Shown here piece after piece: positions 1 to 11,177 of a stretch of 64,000 nt of DNA. The notes beneath the pieces are model-generated. The model saw nothing but the letters and a program-made list of their open reading frames with translations. It was not told the DNA's origin and ran no database searches. The DNA lies in the IMG/VR virus record IMGVR_UViG_3300042275_000518, positions 64,001-128,000 of that record. One strand, 5' to 3'. The position numbers and the translations under genes are program-made. The stretch's first letter is position 1, and the number at the start of each line of letters is the position of its first letter. The DNA is from a virus (lineage: Duplodnaviria > Caudoviricetes).

Positions 1-188
1 CTCTATCGAAGCTATCAAAAACTCCAAAGTCATCGAATAAACCTCTCATAAAATATCAAAGCCTCCTTAAAAATATTAAAATATTATTTATAAATCTTGT
101 TGCAAAATATAAAATATGAAAATATAAATAACGCTCTAATATATTGTTCTTAGGCTTTTTAAATTTTTAATTTTAAAGGTTTAGGATA

Positions 189-458
189 TTATATATCCTC
201 TTTGATTACTAAAACAGCCATGCTTATTCCTAACAAAGTTACTAATTCTAATGCTACTATTAGAACTACATGAACATACGTTTGTATTTCCTTAACAAAT
301 GGTACCAAAATTCCAACACTAAGAAATAACATTATAAGCAATACACCTAACAATTTTCTATTTTCTTTTTGGAATATTGCTTCTAATACTCCTAGTATGA
401 CTATTCCTACTGCAGACATTGCAAAAATTGTAATTAATATACTTTTTAAAATTTCCAT
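189..458 (-). CDS. small membrane protein
   Basis: 89-aa ORF, three hydrophobic segments, GGAG RBS. Confidence 0.7.
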   Translation of the reverse strand: MEILKSILITIFAMSAVGIVILGVLEAIFQKENRKLLGVLLIMLFLSVGILVPFVKEIQTYVHVVLIVALELVTLLGISMAVLVIKEDI

Positions 459-468
459 TTTTATCTCC

Positions 469-1512
469 TTAATTTAACATATCCAACACTACATGAGATT
501 GTAAATCTTCATTTAGTCTGAAAGGGTCAAATTTTAACCCTTCTTCTTCTAAAATATCTTTCAATCTACTGTATGTTGAAAGGAATTGTTTTCTCTTTTT
601 GCCTTTATAGTGAGTTGTATTGAGATAATCGTACATAATATTTTGTGTTTTTTCTGAATCTTTTCTGAGCATATCTTTTAGAATCTTTGCAAATTCATAG
701 TTAAATACTCTAAAAACTCTGTCTTTTGCTACTGGATCCGATTCAACTAAATCAAAGTTGTTAATCATCGGAGCCTTATCTTTTTTCTTCATTCTTCCAT
801 CCTCTACAAAGAAACTTGATGTATCAATAGTTTTAATAATATCTCTGTATTTCTTATAGACTCTGCTATAGAAATTTCTATTGAATTCATTTTTGAAATA
901 TCCAGTTGTATTATAGATAGAACGTATATATGATTCAAGAACAAATTTATTTATATTATTTTCTGTTTGTTTTTCATAATAGTTAAACACAGGAATGTAT
1001 TCATTCGAAACAGAACTTTCTATACTAACAATATATCTATCTTCATAATAATAACCTCTACTGCGCTCATTAGACGCTGCTACAAATTTTCCAAATACCA
1101 TTTCAGCTTTTTCCATGTTATTTTTTCTAGTAAAATAACTGTATAAAATCTGTGTTGATGTTATGTCTTTACAAGAAATTTCATCCGCTACTTCTTCTAC
1201 TTCTTCTTCCGTCCAATTATATAAATCAAACATTGTAACCTCTTCATCTCCTACAACATAGGTTAATCTGTAATTTATATCTCCTAAACTACCATCAAGT
1301 GGGATTTTATTTCCATAACCCAAATAGAAATTGTCAGATTCCTCAAAAGACTGTTTTAATTTCTTTATATTGTGGTCTCTTATAGCCTTTAATAAACTTG
1401 GAAGCGCTTCTGACCTTCCAAATATAAAGAAAGTTGTATTATCAATTTTCTTTGTTGCTTCATCAAATGCTTTTTTTAGTTCTTCTTTACTTTCATAGAT
1501 TTTTTCAATCAT
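469..1512 (-). CDS. hypothetical protein
   Basis: 347-aa ORF with RBS in a co-directional run. Confidence 0.75.
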   Translation of the reverse strand: MIEKIYESKEELKKAFDEATKKIDNTTFFIFGRSEALPSLLKAIRDHNIKKLKQSFEESDNFYLGYGNKIPLDGSLGDINYRLTYVVGDEEVTMFDLYNWTEEEVEEVADEISCKDITSTQILYSYFTRKNNMEKAEMVFGKFVAASNERSRGYYYEDRYIVSIESSVSNEYIPVFNYYEKQTENNINKFVLESYIRSIYNTTGYFKNEFNRNFYSRVYKKYRDIIKTIDTSSFFVEDGRMKKKDKAPMINNFDLVESDPVAKDRVFRVFNYEFAKILKDMLRKDSEKTQNIMYDYLNTTHYKGKKRKQFLSTYSRLKDILEEEGLKFDPFRLNEDLQSHVVLDMLN

Positions 1513-1526
1513 TTCTATTCTCTCCC

Positions 1527-1934
1527 TTATTGTAATTTTAATAATAATTTAAATGAATCTTCGTCCATTTCGTTGTATTCCTTTAATAATTTGTACATTT
1601 CTGGTGTTATATAAAACCAAGCATCAAGTAGTTGATATTGTTGTGCTACAAAATATTCGTAATCTTCCCTAAATATAAATTTAAGAAAATTACGTATTTT
1701 TTTAGTCTCTTCATATATATCTAACATATCACCTTCGATTTCTGTTTCATAGAACGAAAAACCTATGCTTATTTCTTCTCCTGGTGGATCTGCAATATCT
1801 GAAGCGTCAATATCTATCAGTATGTCAGCCTTTTTGATTAAATCTGTTATTAAAATTTTACACTCAAACACAAGATTATCGGCTTCAATTCTATATAATT
1901 TCCTTTTTTCTTCTGCACTCTTAAATCTATCCAA
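1527..1934 (-). CDS. hypothetical protein with C-terminal LxxKL motif
   Basis: ends DEDSFKLLLKLQ. Confidence 0.7.
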   Translation of the reverse strand: MDRFKSAEEKRKLYRIEADNLVFECKILITDLIKKADILIDIDASDIADPPGEEISIGFSFYETEIEGDMLDIYEETKKIRNFLKFIFREDYEYFVAQQYQLLDAWFYITPEMYKLLKEYNEMDEDSFKLLLKLQ

Positions 1935-2274
1935 TGTTATTACCCCTTAATTTTATTAATAGTTTAATATCTTCTGTTAACTCATCTTGTTCAAGTACAA
2001 ATTTACATATTTCTTCAATTACTTGAGTATGACTTTCAAGAGGAGGTTGATATATTCTCATTCCAATGTTTGAAATAAATCTAGTTGTTCCAAAGCATAT
2101 GCCTTCTAATTGTTTAACCTTAATGAATGAAATCATTATATTAGAATTTTTTAAAACAACCTCTTCTATTGTGTCAAAAGATTCAAGAATAATTTTTTCT
2201 CTATCTTCTAAAGTATCTCTGCTGCCTGCTGTTATAATTACTTCAATAGTCTCCTTAGAATTATAAGGTATCAT
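1927..2274 (-). CDS. hypothetical protein with C-terminal LxxKL motif
   Basis: ends TEDIKLLIKLRGNNIG; AGGAGG RBS. Confidence 0.7.
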   Translation of the reverse strand: MIPYNSKETIEVIITAGSRDTLEDREKIILESFDTIEEVVLKNSNIMISFIKVKQLEGICFGTTRFISNIGMRIYQPPLESHTQVIEEICKFVLEQDELTEDIKLLIKLRGNNIG

Positions 2275-2297
2275 ATATTTTCTCCTCCTTTATAATA

Positions 2298-2687
2298 TTA
2301 TAGTAATTTTATTAATAATTCAAAACCTTCTAAATCGTGTGAATGTAGATCATATACTGCATCTAGCAAATAATCCATTTTTCGTTTTTGTGCCACCGGA
2401 TCTATAGTTGTAGTCATTACAAACATAATATTTCTGCTATCACTATTATTATCAAGTATTACAGTACCATAATTTTGAAGCATCTTAAATAATCTACTTT
2501 CTAATATTTTAAGTACCTCATTATAAGTAGTGCCATAAAACTCAAATAAAAATCCTGCAAAGCCATATACCATTATTGTTGGACATTCAATTCCATCAAG
2601 TTTCATAATATCTCTACAAAACTTCTTAAACTTTTTTAATTTTTTCTTTCTCAATTTTGAGTGTTCTTTATATTCGCTAAACAACAT
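2298..2687 (-). CDS. hypothetical protein with C-terminal LxxKL motif
   Basis: ends EGFELLIKLL; AGGAGG RBS. Confidence 0.7.
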   Translation of the reverse strand: MLFSEYKEHSKLRKKKLKKFKKFCRDIMKLDGIECPTIMVYGFAGFLFEFYGTTYNEVLKILESRLFKMLQNYGTVILDNNSDSRNIMFVMTTTIDPVAQKRKMDYLLDAVYDLHSHDLEGFELLIKLL

Positions 2688-2757
2688 AATCTCCTCCTTA
2701 TTAATCTTCTCAATATCTCAAATTTATTATATATATTTATATGGAATTTTAGTACTG

Positions 2758-2769
2758 AACAATATTTTA
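2758..2769 (+). promoter_or_regulatory. AACA-N6-TA putative late (non-virion RNAP) promoter, representative copy
   Basis: AACAATATTTTA upstream of the 2798 gene; the motif recurs before >10 minus-strand genes and matches the AR9 late promoter consensus. Confidence 0.6.
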
Positions 2770-2797
2770 TATGAAACGTTTATAAGGAGGAGATATT

Positions 2798-4237
2798 ATG
2801 GCCAGTAAATTAAGAAGACAAAAAGATTTGATTAGAAGAAAAACTAGCGAGTATATCGATGCAACCACACAAGATTATGCTAAATATCTAGAAGGTAGTC
2901 CAACATATATTACATACTATAGATTAGACGATATTGCAACCAAACAAGACAGTTCATTAGAAAATGTTCATAGTCTTACAGGTCCAAATACACCTAATAA
3001 ATATCAAAAAATAAATGATGTTGTTATATATGGTGTTGATGCTATGGATATTAGCAATGAATTAAATGAAAAAGGTTTAGAAAGTATGGTTAGTGGTGAG
3101 TTCATCATGTTGCCAGATACTATTAAACCATATCCAGGTGACTTTTTCACATTTGATTATGAAGGAATTAGTGACCATCTCTTCCGCGTAGATGAAGTTC
3201 AATTTGACCGTGCAAGTCCTAGAAAATTCTATCGTCTATCATATGCGCTTTATCCAGACAATGCAGATGAAATTTTTGATAATGTTAGCGATGACTATGT
3301 TCTAAACTATGATGCTGTCGGTGGAAGTATTGCAACAATCGTTAAAAAGGCCAGTCAAGAAACTGCTGAACGTGCAAAAGATTTAGTCGATAGTTTAATT
3401 AATAAATTTGCCGAATTATTCTATGATGAAGACCTAGATGTTTTTGCATTGGAAACTATCAATCTATTCCCAGATGCAGAAAATCAAAAGCTTCATATAT
3501 GGTCACCATATCTTCAAAAATTCCTTCACGATAACAAAGTATTAGAAAAATATAATCGTGAAATTCTTGAAGAGTTCTATATTGTCGATATCAATGAGAG
3601 AAGTAATCCAGATTTCTTCAAAGATTTGGCTTATCGTCAAAGTTTATTTAGAAAAATTGAAACTCAAGATAGGACACTAACATTCCAAGATAGCCTAATG
3701 GGTGTTGTTATGGGTTATAATATGAATGAGATTAGAAATCTACCTTTCTTTCATACACAAGAAGATTACAGATTTGCAAGACCTCATGACGGAAATGAGT
3801 TCTATTTTGAAGCGTTCCATATTCTAAATCAAGAATATTACAATACTTTTGAAACTTTACCTGAAACTCATAAGTTCGTTGATTCCAGCGAATTAAATGC
3901 AAATGAAGCAAGTATTGCCGTAGGTGACGTTATATATCGTGTTAATGCAACAAGTAGAATCATTCCAGAAGATGTGTTCTTAGCAACAGACAGAACATAT
4001 TTTAGTATATCGTTCAACTCATTAATGCAGGACCTTACAGGTACAGATGCATATTTAGCTAATGAGGAATTATTTGCAATTGTTAGAAGTTATCTTAAAG
4101 ATGAAATAGTTCTAAATGATGACCTAATCATTCAACTAAACGATTTCTATTACGATATATCATTCAAAAACTATATCTTAGTTCCAATCGTTATATTCAT
4201 AATCAAGCAATTAATCAAAGATGCTTTTGAGAACTAA
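2798..4237 (+). CDS. putative virion structural protein (jumbo phage)
   Basis: 479 aa, strong RBS, late-type promoter; N-terminal PYPGDFF/FRVDEV region resembles phiKZ/AR9-like virion proteins (recalled, not searched). Confidence 0.55.
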   Translation: MASKLRRQKDLIRRKTSEYIDATTQDYAKYLEGSPTYITYYRLDDIATKQDSSLENVHSLTGPNTPNKYQKINDVVIYGVDAMDISNELNEKGLESMVSGEFIMLPDTIKPYPGDFFTFDYEGISDHLFRVDEVQFDRASPRKFYRLSYALYPDNADEIFDNVSDDYVLNYDAVGGSIATIVKKASQETAERAKDLVDSLINKFAELFYDEDLDVFALETINLFPDAENQKLHIWSPYLQKFLHDNKVLEKYNREILEEFYIVDINERSNPDFFKDLAYRQSLFRKIETQDRTLTFQDSLMGVVMGYNMNEIRNLPFFHTQEDYRFARPHDGNEFYFEAFHILNQEYYNTFETLPETHKFVDSSELNANEASIAVGDVIYRVNATSRIIPEDVFLATDRTYFSISFNSLMQDLTGTDAYLANEELFAIVRSYLKDEIVLNDDLIIQLNDFYYDISFKNYILVPIVIFIIKQLIKDAFEN

Positions 4238-4313
4238 AAATTTAATATTTTAAATAATAAACAACATAATTTTATATAAATTGTTTTACACAAACAAGAG
4301 GAGGAAGAAAACT

Positions 4314-5024
4314 ATGCCAGATAACGGTTTTGTCAAAGTAAATATTCATAATGAAGGTCGTATTCCTTGGTTGAATATTCAAGGACCAAGATACAATATT
4401 AGTGTATCAGCAACGATCTACAGACTACTTAGAGAAGACGGAAGAGTAGTTGTTCACCCAGTTGATAATGACCCAGTAATGAGAGCAAAAGAAGCAGCTA
4501 AGAAAGAAGAGCAGGTTGTAGTTCAAGATGAAGTAGTTGTACAGGCTACTGTTGATGTTGAACCTGAAATAGTTGAGGAAGAGGTAGCTGAACCTGAAAT
4601 TCAAGAAGAAATTGTTGAAGAAGAAGTTTTAGATGAAGTTACTGAACCAGATGTTATTATTGAAGAAGAGGAAGAAGAAGTAGTTGAAGAAATTACTCCT
4701 GAACCTGAAATTCGAGAAGAACAACCAATTATGCAAATCTTAGAACCAGACGAAGAAGACTTAGCTATCGAACAAGCTCTAGAAGAACTTCCTGAAGAGG
4801 AAGAAGAAAATATCGTAATTACTGAAGAAGAATTAATTGAGGAAGCACAAGAAATTTCGAACTTTACTGTTTACACTGAAGATGAATTATTACAATTAAC
4901 AAAAGAACAACTAAAAGTTATTTTAAATGAAGACCGTGGATTCGAACCTGGAACTGAGTTCTATGGTAGATACCATGATAATCATGACGTTCTAGTTGAA
5001 AAAGTTTTAAATTCACAACAATAA
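4314..5024 (+). CDS. acidic low-complexity hypothetical protein
   Basis: Glu-rich centre; ATG at 4314 follows GAGGAGG. Confidence 0.7.
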   Translation: MPDNGFVKVNIHNEGRIPWLNIQGPRYNISVSATIYRLLREDGRVVVHPVDNDPVMRAKEAAKKEEQVVVQDEVVVQATVDVEPEIVEEEVAEPEIQEEIVEEEVLDEVTEPDVIIEEEEEEVVEEITPEPEIREEQPIMQILEPDEEDLAIEQALEELPEEEEENIVITEEELIEEAQEISNFTVYTEDELLQLTKEQLKVILNEDRGFEPGTEFYGRYHDNHDVLVEKVLNSQQ

Positions 5025-5050
5025 AAAAGATAATCGAAAGATTATCTTTT
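5025..5050. terminator. bidirectional intrinsic terminator
   Basis: AAAAGATAATC-GAAA-GATTATCTTTT hairpin between convergent units. Confidence 0.7.
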
Positions 5051-5240
5051 CTTTCCAAAAAAAAAATTTTTTTATGACCTTGAAGGTGTCGGTCCGACCT
5101 TACAGTGATTTTTGCTCCCATCCAACGGGGTAACCAATTCTATAATATTTGGCTAGGGTTTCACTGCTCCCTATCTATTCACATTTATAATATATATTTA
5201 TAGATAGTCCAAATACAAAAAAAAAAAGATAATCAAATGA

Positions 5241-5624
5241 TTATCTTTTATATTCCCAAATTTCTAATAAGCAGATTTTTCCAATAACTGTTTGATTAGT
5301 TCTTTTAAAGCCGTTCATAACAGCGAACTTTCTAATCTTTGGGTCATTTGGACTAACTGCCATGGTAACGTATTCTCGATTCTTTACAATCCTGAAAACA
5401 TGTGGAAGCAACTCCCTTGAATACTTTCTCATATCTTCTTGTATAAATAAACTCTTGAAATGCGTTCCATCTATTACGAAGAAACCAACCATTTCTCCCT
5501 TAAATATAATTGGTTTTAACTTTCCTTCTAGATTATATCTTAGTAGTTCCTTTATTGTCATGAACTTAGGGAACTGATGTGAATAATCTGTAATGAATTT
5601 ATCTTCTCTTGTTAGTAGTTGCAT
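5241..5624 (-). CDS. GNAT-like protein
   Basis: VGFF...LFI...N..IRKFA..NGF pattern typical of the GNAT fold. Confidence 0.45.
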   Translation of the reverse strand: MQLLTREDKFITDYSHQFPKFMTIKELLRYNLEGKLKPIIFKGEMVGFFVIDGTHFKSLFIQEDMRKYSRELLPHVFRIVKNREYVTMAVSPNDPKIRKFAVMNGFKRTNQTVIGKICLLEIWEYKR

Positions 5625-5632
5625 GTTCCCTC

Positions 5633-5827
5633 CTAAAATAACTTTTTGCGGATTAGAATAAAGTTCTTTATTATTATTCCACTAATGTCTGCTTTTTGCT
5701 TAGTTTCATCAATAAGAGCAACCACTTTATTGTAATTCTCAACGCTGTCCACTTTATACGGCACTGTAATAATAACATTTCCACTACCTTTTGTGTGGTC
5801 GTATGATACAAAATAAACATATTTCAT
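5633..5827 (-). CDS. hypothetical protein
   Basis: 64 aa, ATGA-coupled to the upstream gene. Confidence 0.65.
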   Translation of the reverse strand: MKYVYFVSYDHTKGSGNVIITVPYKVDSVENYNKVVALIDETKQKADISGIIIKNFILIRKKLF

Positions 5828-6369
5828 ATAGATTCCTCTCCCTCTTCAAATCTTAGCAATAACAATATTGCCGGATGATTAAAAATTTCCTTAGCGTCTT
5901 CTAATTCAATATTTTCTTCATCGATATATTCCTTAAAGTATTTCCAGTTTGTAGTTATGATATCTGCAAATTCATCAGTTATTTCTCTTTTAAATGTTGC
6001 TAATTGATAGATAAATGCACTAAATACATCTGGGTTTTTGAGTATTCTGGTTTTATAAGAAAGTATTAAATCTGTCGGTACACGTTGTGCCCACAATAAT
6101 CTTTCTAATCTGAAATAACTATTAAAAATTATTTTTCTATGTTTATACAACATTTTATCAGAAAATGTCTTCCCGCCAGTCATCATATGAGAAATAGCGT
6201 CTAACAAATATGGTTTGCCTCTATAATATGACATATCTTTATCTTTTCTTTTTAGAGTTCGCCAATGAGACTTCCATTCTTGATATTGTTTTTCTCTTGA
6301 ATCGTTATACTCTTTTGCTGATTTTAGACCTTTTTGGAAATCTTCTTCTGTTATTTCTTTACTGAACAT
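5824..6369 (-). CDS. hypothetical protein
   Basis: 181 aa; near-terminal AILLLLRF. Confidence 0.7.
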   Translation of the reverse strand: MFSKEITEEDFQKGLKSAKEYNDSREKQYQEWKSHWRTLKRKDKDMSYYRGKPYLLDAISHMMTGGKTFSDKMLYKHRKIIFNSYFRLERLLWAQRVPTDLILSYKTRILKNPDVFSAFIYQLATFKREITDEFADIITTNWKYFKEYIDEENIELEDAKEIFNHPAILLLLRFEEGEESI

Positions 6370-6385
6370 AGCGTATAAAACCTCC

Positions 6386-6610
6386 CTATTCTATTTTTTC
6401 TATTTGAATGTCTGTATAAGCATCTGGACTACCATAATCTTCTTTTGATGCTTTTTCTTTTAGCTCAAATAATTTCTCAATTGTCATTTCTCCTTCAACT
6501 TCAATTTCATCGCTATACTCAAAAGTTGTTGTACTACCAACAGGGTTTTCATCCCAGTCACAATCTTCTTCTTCATAATTGTATGAAAATGTTATTCTAT
6601 ATTTTGACAT
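6386..6610 (-). CDS. hypothetical protein
   Basis: 74-aa acidic ORF with RBS. Confidence 0.6.
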   Translation of the reverse strand: MSKYRITFSYNYEEEDCDWDENPVGSTTTFEYSDEIEVEGEMTIEKLFELKEKASKEDYGSPDAYTDIQIEKIE

Positions 6611-6809
6611 TATCAGAGTCCTCCTTATTTTCTCGTATTAGAACATTGTCTGCTTTAATTCCATACTCACTACAAAGTGCTTTAAGTTTGTCTTTAAACT
6701 CATTTGCTTTGTCACTATCTAAATCATATTTTCTCATTTTCTTAATTTTATTATCTTCCATAACAAATGATGCATGATATATATCTAGTGTCTTAAATAG
6801 TCTCTTCAT
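6597..6809 (-). CDS. hypothetical protein
   Basis: 70 aa, GGAGG RBS. Confidence 0.6.
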   Translation of the reverse strand: MKRLFKTLDIYHASFVMEDNKIKKMRKYDLDSDKANEFKDKLKALCSEYGIKADNVLIRENKEDSDNVKI

Positions 6810-6810
6810 A

Positions 6811-7274
6811 TTATTTCCTCCCTTTAAAATAAAGAGAATAGTTGTAGTTATTCTCTATTTTTTTGAAACCACTCTTGAAATTCTTCATTTCCATAAAAAT
6901 CACCATTCTTATTATTATAAGAATTGATATAATAATATTCATCAATATTATTTAAAATATCTAGACTATTAATATCAGATATTAATACAAAATCTTTTTT
7001 TCTAGAATAATGCATCTGTACATCATATGGTAAATCAAATTTGAAAAATAATAATTCCCCATCTATTCTAAATAAAAAGTGGTGTGTGAACTCACAACTA
7101 TATGCAAATACAAGTTCTACATCTGCTATAAGTGGTTCTATTATAGTATGAGTATACTGAATACTACTTCCATAAAACATCATAGGTTCTAACATCTGTA
7201 TTATCATTTCTGTTTTATTCATTTTATTTCCTCCCTTAAAAATAAAGAGAATAGCCGAAGCTATTCTCTATTTT
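6811..7274. repeat. 51-bp imperfect direct repeat (6811-6861 and 7224-7274) flanking one gene
   Basis: 46/51 identical; each copy has a terminator-like hairpin plus RBS. Confidence 0.85.
6848..7222 (-). CDS. hypothetical protein
   Basis: 124 aa, lies between the direct repeats. Confidence 0.65.
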   Translation of the reverse strand: MNKTEMIIQMLEPMMFYGSSIQYTHTIIEPLIADVELVFAYSCEFTHHFLFRIDGELLFFKFDLPYDVQMHYSRKKDFVLISDINSLDILNNIDEYYYINSYNNKNGDFYGNEEFQEWFQKNRE

Positions 7275-10200
7275 CTTTTCTTTTCAATTTCTTCAATTAA
7301 CTCTTCCGTAGATGGAAGATCGAAATATTTTTCACCAATTCTGGTAAAATCAAAACTCATAATCGAATCTACAAGTGTTGGTCCTAAATCTGGTGTTGTT
7401 CCATCGCCTTCAGCTGCTGCTTCATTTTTAGATACCGGAAATAAATCGTCATAGTCGTATTCATTTAACAATTTTTGTTTAATGTGGTCATCAACTAAAA
7501 AGAATTTTCCAACTTGTGTATTCTTATCTAAGTTGTATGCACGAATAATTGATGGATACAATGAAGCAAAGTCTTCATCGAAGACGTTCTCAAACAAGAA
7601 GTTTGATTTTTTACCATTTAACATAATACCATTATCTGGTAAATTTTGATTTGGCGTTTATCTTATTATCTTTCGATAATAAACTGACTATATCTTCAAT
7701 TTATAAAAAGTTATAAATTGCACTATACTTCGGGTGCTAACCCTACTCTACTCGCTTCTTCACTTAGGCTGTTCCCTAAGTTATGCTTTCGATAGTCGAT
7801 GAACGTTCCTCTTAATTGAGGCTTCGCTGCGGATTGTCCAATCTTTAACCTTTTTACCATCTCTAAGGCATTACCCTTCGATTAGCAGGTAGTTAAAGCT
7901 CTAAGGAGATCCCCGCAATTCATAGTGTTTATTTTAACGTTGCGAACCAAATCTTAGTCTATTTAATATAAGATATTATTCTATCTATCTTAAACAGTTT
8001 TTAAATCCGCAACGAACGCACCGAAATTTTCGTTAGTTTCAAATAAGTGCTTGTAAATCTGTTCATGTTCAATAAGCGTATTACTATTCATGAAGTTCTT
8101 TTCATAAAAGAAACTATCTTCACCATATTTGGCATTTTTATTATTATTCATAACAAATCCGTTATCTTGTGCAAACTTGTTAACGAAGTTCTTTAACGAT
8201 ACTGTCTTAGCGAATACTTTCTCTTTACGAGTATTTGTAATTTCAGAAAGACGTTGTACCATGTCCATATCCAAGTTTTTGTCTTCTAATAAATGTAGAA
8301 GAATAACGTCTTTAATATTATACTCACAGAACTTAGCAAAATTCGTCCAAGGTAAAGTCTTGATTGTTTCACCTGGTCCGAATTCTAATTTCTCTTTATC
8401 CAATTCTTCGTTTGCAATTGCATCAAGTGCATATGATTCTTTTTGACCCGAAACTTTCCTAATGTTAGCATAATAAAGCATCTGGTCACACCAGTTTATA
8501 CCATCTACAACCTGAAACTCATCAATACGATTTACGAATGATAAATGTTTCTTAGCACGGTAATATGCTTTTGGAGCAATATAAGCTGTTTGACCCTGGC
8601 TATCTTTCTGCACGGTATATTTAACATCTGACATAGTTGTAACCATCGCATCATATGAACTGCGCTCTTGGTCTTTTAATCGACCATAAAGTCTTTTTAA
8701 TCTATTTTGCAAGGTGATAACATCAAATGCTGCATTCCACTTTTATTACGTTTAATCGCTAATTAAACTCTATATATTTCTATATAGTTTAGACTATATC
8801 TTCACCTTTCAGTGCCTTATGTTTCGAATTCGCTTGAATTCTACTCTACTCACTTCTAGATATTTTTTGATAATATATTCCATCTTTTATTATCGTTACA
8901 TCTATGTTTTCGATAGTCGTTGAACTATTTATTAAAATTTCATCTAATATAAACTGTATATTTTCTTGTTCCCAATAAGGAATGATTACGAAAAATAAAT
9001 TATTTTCTAATGCGAACTTTTCTTTAAGTAAATCATTTTCAATTGTTTCATTTACTCTGTGATAATACTCATTAAGGTTATCTGCATTGTAGTGAAATTC
9101 TCCATTATACTCTATTCGAATTAATGGCTTATTCACTAAGAAATCAAATTCAAGATTTCATTTTCCTCTTGTCCCTTTTAATTCTTCTTCCTTATAATGA
9201 ATTTCATATTCAAAATTATTATCTTTTAAATACTCTTCTATAACTATTTCTGGTTTACTTTTTATACAATATGGACAAAGGTTTTTATTATAAAATAAAT
9301 TTCTTCCTCTTGTCAAGAATTCCTGTCCACATGATAAATGTTTAACTAATAAGTTTTTAGTATGAACATCTACATATTCATTCAAATTCAATAATTCATA
9401 ATCATTATATATTACATTTTCTAATTTTTTTGTTATATCATCTTTAGATAGTCTACAACGATTTCCGTTTTTTTCATGCCCACATTTAGGACAACCATTT
9501 CCTTGTTTTAATCTGTCTCATGATGTTAATCAAGACTCATGCATACAATCATTGTCATTTACTAAAATCTTAGTTTTTGATGTTATATCCACTTCATCAG
9601 AAATTATTATATATTTACCATGATATTTTCTATTAAGTTTTTCCTGTACTATATCTTTTGATAAGTTTTTTATACCTTCATTACAAACAGGACACTTTTG
9701 TACTCTTAGAAATGTATTCAAATTATTATAATTAAATTTCCATCCACACGAATGTTCCAGTATATTATCTGAACGTCCATTATATTGTATAAGTTTAAAT
9801 TCATTATTTGTTTCTTTTTTAATTCGTTCATATCAGTTTATTTTTTTAGACATAGGAATCACCTCTAATTATTTGTTCCTATATCAAATTCGAAATTTTA
9901 ACAATAGCTGCGGATTGCCCAATCTCTTGCCTTTTTACCATCTCTCCGACGTTACTCTTCGATTAACAGGTAGCTAAGAGCTCTAAGGGGTTTCCCGCAA
10001 TTAATAAGGTTTTAGTTGACCTGGAATACTCAGTTAAGCCAACATAAAGTCTGGATCAAGTTCATGAACCTTCTCAAAGAAAGCCTCAATTGCTTCTAAT
10101 TCGTCATCATAGAAATAAAACTTCATATCATTCATCATTATTAGATCTTCTTCAAGAATCTTTTTAGAAAGATACGTTTCAAATTTGTCAATATTAATTT

Positions 10201-10846
10201 CAAAATCTGTTAGTGTTTTATTATCTTTATTTCTAACAACAAATGTGTGAGATACTTTTGCCTTTTCATCAAAAAGAGTAATGATATTTACTGGAACTGG
10301 CGCCATTTCCTCATCTGGGAAGCCCATGTATCCAATATTTCCTTTACTATCTTTCTTCCATCCGTTAGGCATCAGATCAACTTCGATATCATAATAACAT
10401 TTATGAAGTTTATATGCTTCATCTGGCTCAAACTCTTCATGGAATTTCGCAATATATCTGTCTGCAACGTCCATGTCAGTATCATACAGCCAATTGTGTT
10501 TAAATAGATTCTTCATTGTATAACTACCAGACCCCCAAGTTGTGAGAACTCTATCGTAATAATGAAGTGAATCTGTTTTGATTGCAATTTCTCGATACAA
10601 CAAATCTGAGAATGTTGTATTCTTAACCAATTTATCTCTCTCAATAAACATTGGCGGAGAAACTGCTGCTTCTGACTCTTTATCTTTAATTACATAGTAT
10701 GGCACTTCGGCACGGTCAACAAATCGTGTTCTTTTAACTCCATCTTTGTCTCTGTAAATTAATAATATTGAATCATACTGTGTCGTGTCATTAATATTTC
10801 GTTTACTCGAAATTACTTTAATCAATGTTCCAATTTTCTTTTCCAT
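7268..10846 (-). CDS. polB: family B DNA polymerase, N-terminal (exonuclease + motif A) subunit; exons 10846-10037, 8739-8005, 7654-7268 (~643 aa)
   Basis: YYDIEVD (Exo I), DPDFMLA|WNAAFD (Exo II across splice), YNIKDV (Exo III), GAFVAD|PN, DFASLYPSIIRAYNL; ends before motifs B/C as in phiKZ-like split polymerases. Confidence 0.9.
7655..8004 (-). mobile_element. group I intron (polB intron 2, no ORF)
   Basis: exon ends in U, intron ends in G; P/Q/R/S-type elements AAUUGCGGG, CAAUCCGCAGC, UCAUCGACUA, GAUAUAGUC; splicing restores frame. Confidence 0.9.
8740..10036 (-). mobile_element. group I intron (polB intron 1) carrying a homing endonuclease gene
   Basis: U|...G| boundaries restore LA-WNAAFD; same conserved core elements. 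Confidence 0.9.
8846..9853 (-). CDS. intron-encoded endonuclease (Zn-ribbon repeats + PD-(D/E)XK/Vsr-like C-terminus) with 4 in-frame TGA
   Basis: ORFs 9530-9721, 9158-9391, 8846-9136 and ATG 9853 share one frame separated only by TGA; CPxC repeats; FDF..IEYNGEFHY motif. Confidence 0.75.
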
Positions 10847-10927
10847 CGTGTCAACTCCTTAAATTCTTGTTGTGTAGAAATTGGAATTTTAAAATTTCTT
10901 TTTTCTAGTTTATATTTATTGTTTTAA

Positions 10928-11176
10928 TTATTCTCTTTCAAGCTCATCTACTACATATTCAATTTCACTTGGTTTATATCCATTTCTAGTTACCAATAGT
11001 TCTTCATGCCAACTTCTAAGTTGTGAGATTCTTGCATCAACCATATCTGGTCTTCCACAGAAGCTCTTGTTTATTAGTTTGCCACCTGCATATAGTATAA
11101 CTACATGTGTATAATCTCTGTAAGATTTTCTTGTAATCTCAGGGTGTTTTTTACCCTTATATTTGTATATTTTCAT
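10928..11176 (-). CDS. hypothetical protein
   Basis: 82-aa ORF in operon. Confidence 0.6.
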   Translation of the reverse strand: MKIYKYKGKKHPEITRKSYRDYTHVVILYAGGKLINKSFCGRPDMVDARISQLRSWHEELLVTRNGYKPSEIEYVVDELERE

Positions 11177-11177
11177 A

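Noticed and set aside
7268-10846. polB fragments as a pseudogene
   Set aside because: The breaks are explained exactly by two group I introns whose removal restores conserved motifs.
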